A DNA stretch of 64,000 nucleotides from Nitrosopumilus sp. (GTDB lineage Archaea > Thermoproteota > Nitrososphaeria > Nitrososphaerales > Nitrosopumilaceae): NCBI GenBank assembly GCA_965249555.1, contig OZ252243.1, forward strand, positions 1,696,001 through 1,760,000, written 5' to 3'. The notes beneath the pieces were generated by a model. The model was not told the DNA's origin, searched no databases, and was given only the letters and a program-made list of their open reading frames with translations. Both the position numbers and the translations under genes were made by a program. Shown here piece after piece: positions 50,773-61,101 of the stretch (position 1 is its first letter; every line of letters begins with the position of its first letter).

Positions 50773-51735
50773 CTATTTTTTCAATTTTGAAATAAGTGCT
50801 GCATAAATGAATGGCAATATTGTTGTCACCTCTGCATGAAGTGTTGCTTGTTTTGCTTTTTGTGTTACTTTTCCCCAGGAAATTGCTTCTTTGACTAATG
50901 CGCCACTAAGACTTCCATCAAACTCTTGTGCAGTTGTAATGTAAAATGCATAGTCCAGTCCTTCTCTGTATTGATTCCACCATAATGTGTGGTGTTTTGA
51001 AATTCCTCCTCCAATCATAAATGCTCCTGATTTTTCAGCTTTGAAAATTAATCCTGAAAGTAATTCTGCATCTCCTATTATGTTTAGTTTGAAATCACTG
51101 TGTTTCTGTGTGAAAAGCCAAATTTGATTTCCTACCGCTCCGTCCACAATTCCTGGAACTACAACGCTGACATTGTTTTTGTATGCCCAATAGAGAAATG
51201 AATCTTCTCCTAGATGTTTCCCAATCATTTTGCATATTTCAGCAGTGGTCATCTCTCTTGCTCCATTTTGATACTCTTCTTCTAAAAATTCCTGCATCTT
51301 TTCTTCAATAATTGGCCCATAACTTTCCATAGGCACAAGTATATTTCCTAATCTGTGGATATTTTGGTCTGCTAACTCTTTGTCATCCATGGTGAAAGAA
51401 CCTTCTTTGTAATGTGAAAAATGTCTTGCAATGTCATGATCTAATGCTCCACAAGTTGTCATGGCAACATCAAACCACTTGTTTTTGATCATATCCTTAA
51501 TAATTCCTCTTAATCCTGTTGACATTACAGCTGCTACAAATGAGACAAATCTCAAACATTGTTCATCTGAAATCATTTTTGTTAAAATTTCCAACCCGTC
51601 TGATAAATTTACTGATTCAAATCCTCCTGATTGAGATAACTCTTCAAATATTTTTTCTATAGATGTGTTTGAATCAATCTCAATATCTTTGACTGGCCGG
51701 CCTGGTTCTATCATCCTTTCCATCGTTGAATGCAA
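50773..51735 (-). CDS. dys: Deoxyhypusine synthase
   Basis: GGGISKHH, DGSLSGA, EAISWGK. Confidence 0.93.
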   Translation of the reverse strand: MHSTMERMIEPGRPVKDIEIDSNTSIEKIFEELSQSGGFESVNLSDGLEILTKMISDEQCLRFVSFVAAVMSTGLRGIIKDMIKNKWFDVAMTTCGALDHDIARHFSHYKEGSFTMDDKELADQNIHRLGNILVPMESYGPIIEEKMQEFLEEEYQNGAREMTTAEICKMIGKHLGEDSFLYWAYKNNVSVVVPGIVDGAVGNQIWLFTQKHSDFKLNIIGDAELLSGLIFKAEKSGAFMIGGGISKHHTLWWNQYREGLDYAFYITTAQEFDGSLSGALVKEAISWGKVTQKAKQATLHAEVTTILPFIYAALISKLKK

Positions 51736-51816
51736 GTATAAATTTCTGTCTCAATTGAAATTATTTTATTACTTATCTAAGAAAACTTTTAACCTGCATA
51801 ATAACACTCTTTTTGA

Positions 51817-52911
51817 ATGGCAGGTAGAATTAAAGTTGGTTTAGTAGGTATCGGTAATTGTTTTTCTGGATTAATTGAAGGAATTGAATACTATCAAAAA
51901 AATCCATCTCAAGAGGTTACTGGAATTATTCATGATAAATTAGCTGGATATGGAATTCATGATATTGATTTTGTGTGTGGATTCGATGTTGCTGAAAATA
52001 AAGTTGGAAAACTACTCAATGATGCAATCTATGAATATCCAAACATGGTTGACTGGATTCCAAAAGATGAAATGCCAAAAACAGATGCCAAAGTCTATGA
52101 AAGTCCAATTTTAGATGGTGTTGGCATATGGGTGGAAAACAGAATAAATCCAATTAAAAATCCTAAAACTATCGACCAGATTACTGAAGACATAAAAAAA
52201 GTACTCAAAGATACTGGCGTTGAAATTATTGTGTCTTATTTGCCTGTTGGCTCTGATAAAGTAACTGAGTTTTGGGCTCAAATTTGTCTTGATACTGGTA
52301 CTGCCTTTGTAAATTGCATACCCTCGTTTATTGCCTCAGATGAAAAATGGGCTAAAAAATTTGAAGAAAAAAATATTCCTTGTATTGGAGATGATATCAA
52401 GGGTCAGGTTGGTGCGACCATAGTTCATAGAACATTAGCTAAATTATGTAGCGACAGAGGAACTAAAATTGAAAAAACATATCAAATCAATGTTGGGGGC
52501 AACACTGATTTTCTAAACATGAAAGAACAAAATAGACTTGCCTCCAAGAGAATTTCTAAAACAGAAAGTGTTCAAAGCCAACTTGCTGAGCGACTAGATG
52601 ATGATCAAATTTATGTTGGCCCTTCTGATTTTATTCCATTTTTAGGTAATACAAAACTCATGTTCATGAGAATCGAAGGTCGTCAATGGGCAAACATCCC
52701 TTACAATATGGAAGTTCGTTTGGAAGTTGATGACAAAGCAAACTCTGCAGGAATTGTAATTGATGCAATCAGATTGGCAAAAATTGCTCTTGATAGAGGA
52801 GTTGGTGGGCCTATTAAACCAGCAAGTGCTTATTTGATGAAACATCCAATCGAGCAAACTTCTGATATTGACGCAAAAGTCGAATGTGAAAAGTTTGTTG
52901 CTGGTGAATAA
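51817..52911 (+). CDS. ino1: myo-inositol-1-phosphate synthase
   Basis: SYLPVGS, GDDIKGQVGATIVHR, GGNTDFLNM, DKANSAG. Confidence 0.92.
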   Translation: MAGRIKVGLVGIGNCFSGLIEGIEYYQKNPSQEVTGIIHDKLAGYGIHDIDFVCGFDVAENKVGKLLNDAIYEYPNMVDWIPKDEMPKTDAKVYESPILDGVGIWVENRINPIKNPKTIDQITEDIKKVLKDTGVEIIVSYLPVGSDKVTEFWAQICLDTGTAFVNCIPSFIASDEKWAKKFEEKNIPCIGDDIKGQVGATIVHRTLAKLCSDRGTKIEKTYQINVGGNTDFLNMKEQNRLASKRISKTESVQSQLAERLDDDQIYVGPSDFIPFLGNTKLMFMRIEGRQWANIPYNMEVRLEVDDKANSAGIVIDAIRLAKIALDRGVGGPIKPASAYLMKHPIEQTSDIDAKVECEKFVAGE

Positions 52912-53101
52912 TCATTGAAACTTGTTTGAATCTGAAAATCTAATTTTTCTACTTTTCTCGTATTTGCCAAGTTTGAATTCTCTTATAATTTCACTCTCCC
53001 CATTTAGTTTGGTGATTTTTGTAGTCATTTGGTCTGGTCCCCTCTAGAATGAGAACGCCTGCATACATACACTTTTCAGGAGATCTAGGAGATTCACACT
53101 C

Positions 53102-53392
53102 ATGGTAAAGAACAAATTCACACCTGCAGAAAAATCAAGGATAATCCTTGAATCATTAAACACCAACATTGGAACTGCAGAATTGTGCAGAAAGTACAAT
53201 ATTCATCCGCAGACATTCTACTCTTGGAAAGAAAAGTTTGTGGATGGAGGCAAATCCGCATTAAACAGCAGATCTGGTGACAATACATGCAAGACATTAC
53301 AAAAAGAAAATGAGACTCTAAAAAGAATCGTAGGTGAGCTGACCATCGTCAATGACACTTTTAAAAAAACGTTGGAGGGACACAAAAGATGA
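53102..53392 (+). CDS. IS3-family transposase OrfA
   Basis: Protein identical to 34220-34510. Confidence 0.92.
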   Translation: MVKNKFTPAEKSRIILESLNTNIGTAELCRKYNIHPQTFYSWKEKFVDGGKSALNSRSGDNTCKTLQKENETLKRIVGELTIVNDTFKKTLEGHKR

Positions 53393-54213
53393 TCATTGCA
53401 AAGCAGCTCACTGCAAAATTGAGTCTGAGAAAATCATTATCATACGTTGGGATATCGCACAACAAATGGTACCATACAAAATCACCCCGAAACATTCCAC
53501 TAAACAAGACCGTATCCCAAATGGTCCAAAAGATTGGAAATGCCAGGCCAACATATGGAACCCGTAGGATGGCTGCAGCCACAGCAAGGGAGCTTGGATT
53601 GCCTGTAAACAGAAAGCAGATTCGCAGAATATTCCACAAGCTAGGCTGGATTGCACCTGCAAAGACCAAAAAAGACATCATGGCATCCAAAAAGAAACTT
53701 TTCAAACCGACTGCGCCAAACCAGTTGTGGCAGACAGATATGACATATGTCTGGTGTGGGGTTGACAGTTGGTGTTACTGCTTTAATGTCATAGATACAT
53801 TTAGCAGAAAATGGATTTCATACACATTTGATGTAACTGCAAGCAAAGATGCTGCAACAGAATCAATCATTCATGCAATTGCAACTTCCAATCCGGATTG
53901 TGCCAAACTGATTATACGGACTGACAATGGTTCGCAATATGTAAGCCGAAAGTTCAAAGAAGCAATCCTGCTTTTGGGTGCAAGACAGGAATTCATCTGG
54001 CACCATACACCACAACAAAATGGTCATGTCGAATCGTTTCATAAAACGTTAAAGAAGGAATATCTCTGGCCACACGAGTTTGAAAATTTCCAATCAGCAC
54101 AAGTAAGAATTGCCAAGGCATTTGAGGATTACAACGATTCCAGGATTCACTCTGCACTTGGATACATCACGCCAGATGAATTTCTGGAAAAATGGGAGAT
54201 GAGACATAAATGA
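53389..54213 (+). CDS. IS3-family transposase OrfB
   Basis: Protein identical to 33399-34223. Confidence 0.93.
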   Translation: MIIAKQLTAKLSLRKSLSYVGISHNKWYHTKSPRNIPLNKTVSQMVQKIGNARPTYGTRRMAAATARELGLPVNRKQIRRIFHKLGWIAPAKTKKDIMASKKKLFKPTAPNQLWQTDMTYVWCGVDSWCYCFNVIDTFSRKWISYTFDVTASKDAATESIIHAIATSNPDCAKLIIRTDNGSQYVSRKFKEAILLLGARQEFIWHHTPQQNGHVESFHKTLKKEYLWPHEFENFQSAQVRIAKAFEDYNDSRIHSALGYITPDEFLEKWEMRHK

Positions 54214-55076
54214 GGGTAATGGTATGTAAAATTATGCAAAAAGTGTTCTCATTTAGTGGGGTCCACTCCACATTACTTTATTGTTTTCAGTTAAATCCAC
54301 AACTATGCTATTTCCTCCAAACCTGTGGTTTCCTACATTTGCAGCAAGAATGGGTATTCTATTTTCTAATGCTCTTACCTGAACATACATCTGCCAAGGT
54401 GTTATCCCTCTTTTGACAATTCTGCTTGGAGATAACAACATCTGGGCTCCTTTTTTTACTAGCGTATTTGCAACTTTTGGAAATACCATATCATAGCAAA
54501 TTATTACTCCAAATTTGCACGCAGTATTGAAAATTTTAGCCTTTATTCCAGGTTTTACAGTATCTTGTTCATAATCAAATGGATGAATTTTCTCCTGTCT
54601 ATCTATGAATTCTCCTTCTGGGCCAATTATGGGGGGGCTATAATTGAGGTCTCTCTCTTTGTGATTTCATAAAACGCTCCTGGAATAATCGTCATCGAGA
54701 AATCTTTTGCAATTTTCTTAAAGTCTGAAAACTCTGAATCAAAATCAGAAATTTCATTATTCTTTAGCCATTACTCAGGCAAGCAAACTACCTCTGCCTC
54801 TTTTTTGCCTAGTTTTCTAAGCATCTCTGAGACTGGAAATTCCTTTTTGATTTGTACTGTATGATATAGTTTGAATTAATCCTAATTTTATCATGAATTT
54901 AGAATAACCACTTCATAATTTAAGTAGGCACAATTATAGATCATTTATTTTAAAAAACATCTACTAGAATTTTGACCACTACGAAAAATTTCATAATACA
55001 ACAAGAAAAATTATGCAATTATGTCAACTAAACTTGTTAACCATCGATTATCCTACATGTTGAGAAAATAATATCA

Positions 55077-58000
55077 TTGGTTCATGTTAAAAAAGTTGAG
55101 ATCTTTGGCTTCAAATCATTTGGATTTAAGAATACAACAGTTCAGTTTGAACCTGGTCTTGTATCCATTTCTGGTCCTAATGGTTCAGGCAAGAGTAACA
55201 TCTTGGATGCAATTATGTTTGCAATGGGTGAAAATAAACCAAAAATACTGAGAGTTGATAAACTGCGATCATTAATTCATGATATTGAGGGCAATCGTCG
55301 TGGACCAAAAATGACAAGAACTAGTGTACACTTTGATAATTCCGATAGAAAGATCCCTGTTGATTCTGATAATGTTGAGATTACAAGGGAGATGAGCGAA
55401 CATGGTGAAAGTGTTTATTATCTTAACAAAAAGAAAACAACTCGAAGCCAAGTTATTGATCTACTTGATATGGCAAATGCCGGTTTAAGTCAACTCAATG
55501 CAGTTCAACAAGGAACTGTAACTAGAATTTCTGAATTTACCTCTGAAGAAAAAAGACAAACAATTGAGGATTTAATTGGGTTATCCTATTTTGATGAAAA
55601 AAAGACAGAAGCTCTAAAACAACTAGATGAGGCTGACAGAAGATTTGAAATTGCAGCAGCAAAAATGGGTGAAATCAAAAAAAGAATTGATGAACTTGAG
55701 GAAGAACGAAATCAAAAATTACGACATGATATTTTAGAACGTGAACTTAATCGATACAAGGCAATATCTGCTGCTAATAAAATGAAGGTTGTTTCAAGCC
55801 AAAAAGATACGATTGAGTCTACTTTACACACAACTACTTCTGAGATTACACAATTTGATGATGAACGAGGTGTACTAAGAACTGAGATTGGTGTTTTGGA
55901 GACTGAAAAAGCAAAATCAATGACTGAAGCTAACGATTACAATCAAGAAAAAGCAACACTTGATGCAGAAATAAGCTCTGCCATGGAACAATATGAGATT
56001 GATAATAGTGCAATATCTGCGTCCACAAAAAGACTAGAACAACTTGATAAGAGAATTCCTGAAATTACAACAGAGTTAGAAGAAATTAAAAATACTGCAA
56101 GTGATATTGATAACCAAATTCTAACAATTCAAGAATCCATTGAAGAGACAAATCTTAAGAAAAATAAAATCAATAAAGATGTAGAAATTGTTGATTCTGA
56201 AAGAAATAAAATTCTAACAGAACAATCTGATGTTGCAGCTAAAAAATCTGAGATAGATGATAAAATCAAAACTCTCACTGATCAACTTAATGATGCCAAA
56301 CTCAAACTCTCCAAAGTACAACATGAAAAAGAAGACTCTAAAAATAAAATTAAAATAAATTCTATAAAATTTGATGAATTAGAACAAGGTATTGCTGACC
56401 TATCTGAATCTAAATCAAAGTTTGTATCCATGATGAAAAATAATATTGCAACCATCACTGAACTTAAATCTAGAATTGCTAAATTACAAACAAAAAAATC
56501 AAAAATAAATACTGATGTAGATGAATGGGAATTGATATTAGAAAAAACAAGTAAATCTGCAACTCATTACGAATCAAAAATTAAAACTGTAAAGGGATTC
56601 ATGCATGAAGATTACACTGTTGCAAAATTAAAAGAAGATGCAGACAAACTTGGCATTGAAGGTTTAGTGTATGAAATGATTTCATGGGACAAACAATACG
56701 AACGTTCTGTCTTAGCTGTGAGTTCTGATTGGATTAAGGCAATTGTTGTTAAAGACTTTGCAACTCTACTTGGAATTGCAGAAGCCGCTAGAAGTAAGAA
56801 ACTTCCAAAACTAAAGATTATTCCACTTGATGCTATTCCAAAATTCAAATTGACTTTGCCAAAGGAATCTGGAGTTATAGGTATTCTTGCTGATTATGTA
56901 ACCTGTAATCCAGCTTATTCTACGCTCAAAACGTTCCTATTTGGGAATATTGTGCTTACCGAAACTCGAGAATCTGCTTATAATGTGTCTCAATTAGGAT
57001 ACAAAGCAGTAACCATCGATGGCGAATACTTTGCTGCAAAAGGTGGCACTGTTGTTATTGATATTAATTCAAAAATCTCAAAAATTACAAAACTAATTTC
57101 AATGAGTGGTGATATTGATGGTCTATTCCAATCTATCAGCATGATTAAAAAATACTTACTAAACAAAAAACATTCTTTGAAAAAACTAGATGATTCCATT
57201 CAATCATATGCTGAAAGACTTTCTATTTCAGAAAAATCTCTAACATCAACAAGTGAAAATTATTCTAATTTGAAATCACAAATCACATCTGTAATGCGTA
57301 TAAAAGAACAACTGACAAAAAGAAATTCTGAATTAACTTCAAGAAATACAAACATTGAATCTGAAATGGTTACTACTGAATCCCATATTGAATCCTTACA
57401 TGAACGTATTGCAATTGTAGAAAAAAACTATGCTAGTGGAGAACAAGCTCGTATTGCAAATGAGTTATCTAGAATTAACGTAAAGAAAGTGGATCTTGAG
57501 AAACTATACACCACAATTATGAATGAATATCGTGACAAATCTTCTGAATTAACAACACTCCAAACCCAAGCTAATCAAGAAAAGTCTCAATCTAATCGAC
57601 TTTATGAGGAAGAACGTTCTTTGAACTTAGAACGTCAAGAATCAGAAACAAAGATTCAAGAATTAGAAAAACAAAAAGAACCAAAAAGTGAAATTCTTGT
57701 AAAATTAAGAGAAAAAGAACAAGATCTTATCGCTACTTCTGGTTCGTCAATTGGCCAACTTAAAGAATATGATGATAAACTCAAAATTCTATCTGAAAAA
57801 GATAAAGAATTAACAAAACAAATCAACACCTTAGAGCGCCAATCTGATTCATTGAATCATGATTTACATGATTTGAAAGAAAATGAATCAAAATTACAGC
57901 AAATTCTTTCTGCTTTTGGCTTTGATAAAGACATGGAAACTTTTGATGTTGAACCAATTATTCAAGGATTGACTGCTGAATTGACTTCCCTTAATGCATT

Positions 58001-58601
58001 AAATGCAAAGGCTCCTGAAACATACCTTGAAGTTTCTTATGGTTATCGTTCAATGTCCACAAGAAAGAATTCTCTTGAAGAGGAAAGAAATTCCATTATT
58101 AAATTCCTTGATGATGTTGATAGAGATAAACGACAAACATTTTTGGATGCATTTGATACTGTAGATAAAGAAATTCGTCTAATATTCAATAAAATGACTA
58201 ATGGAAATGCTTGGCTAGAATTGCAAAATGAAGATGACATATTTGATTCTGGAATTTCATATCTAATTCAATTCCCAAACAAACCAAAAAGAGAATCTAC
58301 ATCAATTAGTGGTGGTGAAAAGACATTGGCTGCAATTGTATTTGTACTTGCACTTCAAAAACTAAAACCTTCTCCATTTTACTTGTTTGATGAGGTTGAT
58401 GCACATCTTGATGCTCCTAATTCTGAAAGACTTGCAAAGATCTTAGAGGAGAGATCTAAAGAAAGTCAATTCATTTTGGTATCTCTAAAAGATTCTGTTG
58501 TACAAAAAGCAAAACTGATCTATGGTGTTTTTCCAAAGAATGGTGTTTCACATGTTGTTACTTACAAAGATAAACGAATGCCATCTGTTCGAACTTCCTA
58601 A
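55077..58601 (+). CDS. smc: Chromosome segregation protein SMC
   Basis: GPNGSGKSN Walker A, coiled coils with central hinge, ISGGEK signature, FDEVDAHLD. Confidence 0.95.
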   Translation: MVHVKKVEIFGFKSFGFKNTTVQFEPGLVSISGPNGSGKSNILDAIMFAMGENKPKILRVDKLRSLIHDIEGNRRGPKMTRTSVHFDNSDRKIPVDSDNVEITREMSEHGESVYYLNKKKTTRSQVIDLLDMANAGLSQLNAVQQGTVTRISEFTSEEKRQTIEDLIGLSYFDEKKTEALKQLDEADRRFEIAAAKMGEIKKRIDELEEERNQKLRHDILERELNRYKAISAANKMKVVSSQKDTIESTLHTTTSEITQFDDERGVLRTEIGVLETEKAKSMTEANDYNQEKATLDAEISSAMEQYEIDNSAISASTKRLEQLDKRIPEITTELEEIKNTASDIDNQILTIQESIEETNLKKNKINKDVEIVDSERNKILTEQSDVAAKKSEIDDKIKTLTDQLNDAKLKLSKVQHEKEDSKNKIKINSIKFDELEQGIADLSESKSKFVSMMKNNIATITELKSRIAKLQTKKSKINTDVDEWELILEKTSKSATHYESKIKTVKGFMHEDYTVAKLKEDADKLGIEGLVYEMISWDKQYERSVLAVSSDWIKAIVVKDFATLLGIAEAARSKKLPKLKIIPLDAIPKFKLTLPKESGVIGILADYVTCNPAYSTLKTFLFGNIVLTETRESAYNVSQLGYKAVTIDGEYFAAKGGTVVIDINSKISKITKLISMSGDIDGLFQSISMIKKYLLNKKHSLKKLDDSIQSYAERLSISEKSLTSTSENYSNLKSQITSVMRIKEQLTKRNSELTSRNTNIESEMVTTESHIESLHERIAIVEKNYASGEQARIANELSRINVKKVDLEKLYTTIMNEYRDKSSELTTLQTQANQEKSQSNRLYEEERSLNLERQESETKIQELEKQKEPKSEILVKLREKEQDLIATSGSSIGQLKEYDDKLKILSEKDKELTKQINTLERQSDSLNHDLHDLKENESKLQQILSAFGFDKDMETFDVEPIIQGLTAELTSLNALNAKAPETYLEVSYGYRSMSTRKNSLEEERNSIIKFLDDVDRDKRQTFLDAFDTVDKEIRLIFNKMTNGNAWLELQNEDDIFDSGISYLIQFPNKPKRESTSISGGEKTLAAIVFVLALQKLKPSPFYLFDEVDAHLDAPNSERLAKILEERSKESQFILVSLKDSVVQKAKLIYGVFPKNGVSHVVTYKDKRMPSVRTS

Positions 58602-58624
58602 ATGAATTATTTTTTAAAGAAAAG

Positions 58625-59587
58625 TTAGTCTAGTTTTACAAAACATGCAGCATAATGCTCATCATCTACCTTTTCTAAGTTCGGCTCTTCTTTACACTTC
58701 TCTATAACATAAGGACATCGTGCCCTGAATCTACATCCTTGATACACATCTACATCTGATGGCTCATTTATCCGAATTTTCTTTTCTCTGTGAAGATTAT
58801 CTGGATCTGGTTCTGAAATTGCATCAATTAGTGCCTGTGTGTATGGGTGCTTTGGATTTACTAAAACTTGATCAATTGGTCCCATTTCTACGATTTTACC
58901 TAGATACAAAATTCCTATTCTTTGTCCAAAATATCTGGCCGTTGCCAAATCGTGAGTGATATAGATGAATGAAATGTTGTGTTTTTTCTGCAATTCTTGC
59001 ATCAACTCAAGCATCTCTGCTCTAATTGACACATCTAGCATTGAAACTGGTTCATCTGCTAAGATTATTTTTGGTTTTAGTGCTAATGCTCTTGCCAAAA
59101 CCACTCTCTGTCTTTGTCCTCCTGATAACATATGCGGGTATTTCTTCATCATATCTTCAGCAGGTTCTAACTTTACTTCATGTAAAACTTCAATCACTCT
59201 TTGTAACCTCTCATCTTTATTTCCAATATTATGGATTTCAAGTGGTTCAGAAACAATATTCCCAATTTTCATTCGTGGATTGATAGAGTCATATGGATCT
59301 TGGTGAATCATTTGGCAATTCATTCTGATTTTTTTTAAATTCTTTTGGTCATTATTGATTTCTTGGTCTTCGAAAAAAATTTTCCCGGAATCTGCTTCAA
59401 TTGATTTTAAAATCAACTTTGCGATAGTTGATTTTCCAGAACCTGATTCACCAGCCAACACAAAAACTTCTCCTTTTTCAAGTGAAAATGAAACATCATC
59501 TGTAGCTTTGACTATGGATTTTGAACCAAACAATCCTTTTTTTATAAAGTATTTTTTCAAATGTTCTACTTTGAGTATTTCATTCAT
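58625..59587 (-). CDS. Oligopeptide/dipeptide ABC transporter ATP-binding subunit
   Basis: GESGSGKST, LSGGQRQR, DEPVS, HPYTQAL, GCRFRARC. Confidence 0.92.
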   Translation of the reverse strand: MNEILKVEHLKKYFIKKGLFGSKSIVKATDDVSFSLEKGEVFVLAGESGSGKSTIAKLILKSIEADSGKIFFEDQEINNDQKNLKKIRMNCQMIHQDPYDSINPRMKIGNIVSEPLEIHNIGNKDERLQRVIEVLHEVKLEPAEDMMKKYPHMLSGGQRQRVVLARALALKPKIILADEPVSMLDVSIRAEMLELMQELQKKHNISFIYITHDLATARYFGQRIGILYLGKIVEMGPIDQVLVNPKHPYTQALIDAISEPDPDNLHREKKIRINEPSDVDVYQGCRFRARCPYVIEKCKEEPNLEKVDDEHYAACFVKLD

Positions 59588-59683
59588 TGACTATTGTTGA
59601 ATGAAGAAGTATATCAAGAAATATGATTTGTGCGTAAAGACTTGGGATAAAGAATTTATGTTAAACAAATCTGGTTTTAATTC

Positions 59684-60709
59684 TTGAGTAACACAGTTCA
59701 GAAGAATCTTGATTACAAAAAATATGTGGTATCCTCCAAACTTCAATATTTTAAACCACATGCCACTAAAATTGAGAAAACATTTGTCGAGGAAATATCT
59801 TCTAGTTTGAATCAAGATTCTAAATTCATAAATCCAAAGTTCTTTTATGATAAAAAAGGCTCAGATTTGTTTGAAAAAATTTGTTCTTTGCCTGAGTATT
59901 ATCCTACAAGAACTGAAATTTCTATTCTGAGGAAATTACAACCTGAATTATCATCTTACATTGATAAAAATTTTCGATTAGTTGAACTTGGAAGTGGCAC
60001 ATCAGTAAAAACTAGATTAATTCTTGATGTTTTGACAAAATTACATGATACTACAGAGTATTTCCCAATAGATATCTCAGAAATTCTCACAGAAAGTTCT
60101 GAGGAATTACTGAAAAATTATGATGGTTTGCATATTACCGGTATAATTGATACTTATGAAGGGGGTTTAGAATTTCTTAAAACTTTCGATAATAAGAAAA
60201 ATCTGATAATTTTTTTGGGTTCTAGTTTTGGTAATTTTTCTCCAAATGATGGTTACGAATTTTTAAAGAAAATAAATTCTACAATGAAGTCTGGTGATCT
60301 TTTTTTGATTGGACTGGATTTAGTAAAAGACAAACTGATTTTGGAATCTGCATATGATGACTCACAAGGTGTGACTGCAGAATTTAATCTCAATACTCTT
60401 TCTAGAATTAATGATGAACTTGATGCTGATTTTAATTTGCAAAATTTTTCACATCGTGCAATTTACAACAAAGAGAAACAAAGAATTGAGATGTATCTAA
60501 AATCACTGGTAAATCAATCAGTTGCAATATCAAAATCTAATCTTCTATTGAATTTAGAAAAAGATGAATTAATTCATACTGAGCATTCACACAAATACAA
60601 ATTGTCACAAATTCATGAACTACTTGATAGTGTGGGCTTTGAAGTTAAACATACATGGTTAGATGATAACAAGTATTTTTCAGTAACCTTGGTATCAAAA
60701 TGTGTTTAA
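59684..60709 (+). CDS. egtD: L-histidine N-alpha-methyltransferase (ergothioneine biosynthesis)
   Basis: PKFFYD..GS.LFE.IC.LPEYYPTRTE, ELGSG, AYDDSQGVTAEFNLN, TEHSHKY. Confidence 0.92.
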   Translation: MSNTVQKNLDYKKYVVSSKLQYFKPHATKIEKTFVEEISSSLNQDSKFINPKFFYDKKGSDLFEKICSLPEYYPTRTEISILRKLQPELSSYIDKNFRLVELGSGTSVKTRLILDVLTKLHDTTEYFPIDISEILTESSEELLKNYDGLHITGIIDTYEGGLEFLKTFDNKKNLIIFLGSSFGNFSPNDGYEFLKKINSTMKSGDLFLIGLDLVKDKLILESAYDDSQGVTAEFNLNTLSRINDELDADFNLQNFSHRAIYNKEKQRIEMYLKSLVNQSVAISKSNLLLNLEKDELIHTEHSHKYKLSQIHELLDSVGFEVKHTWLDDNKYFSVTLVSKCV

Positions 60710-60721
60710 CCGTGATTTATC

Positions 60722-61075
60722 ATGAAAATTAGCCAGATATTGAAGGATTCATCCACTCCACAAATAACTAAACATTTGATTAAATTTAGAGATGGCACAA
60801 AAGAAGTAATTGGAAAGTCTGCTCTTGGTGTATTGGCGTGTGAGAGTGATGATCCATCTGTTCATTTGAGCAGAGAGAGATTATTTGTAAGTCATTCTCA
60901 AATAATGAATTCATATGGAATAAAGGATGAAAAAGTATACCCATATCTTACGGGAAATGATTTTAGTTGGGATTATAATTCAGAGTTATCACTAATTATC
61001 AAAAGACTAAATGATTCATACAATTTAACATTCAAAGAAATCGGAGAATTCTTGGGTGTTACATTTGATTTATGA
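60722..61075 (+). CDS. Hypothetical protein
   Basis: 117-aa ORF 12 bp after egtD. Confidence 0.65.
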   Translation: MKISQILKDSSTPQITKHLIKFRDGTKEVIGKSALGVLACESDDPSVHLSRERLFVSHSQIMNSYGIKDEKVYPYLTGNDFSWDYNSELSLIIKRLNDSYNLTFKEIGEFLGVTFDL

Positions 61076-61101
61076 AAACAAGAAAGTGAACTTTTTTTAA
61101 A

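Larger units (their letters stand above)
53030..54270 (+). mobile_element. IS3-family insertion sequence, copy 2 (1241 bp)
   Basis: Same ends and ORFs as 33342-34582 in opposite orientation; 4-bp TSD CATT (53026-53029, 54271-54274). Confidence 0.93.
52912..54894 (-). pseudogene. Carbon-nitrogen hydrolase (nitrilase family) pseudogene with frameshifts, a stop codon and an IS3 insertion
   Basis: MIKLGLIQT / VVCLPE*W / RQEKIHP / FGVIICYDMVFP / RALENRIP; the C-terminus continues beyond the IS to TGA at 52912. Confidence 0.85.

Noticed and set aside
54210-54489. ORFs 54210-54416 (+) and 54253-54489 (-) as independent genes
   Set aside because: The first is an IS-end read-out; the second is a fragment of the nitrilase pseudogene running into the IS
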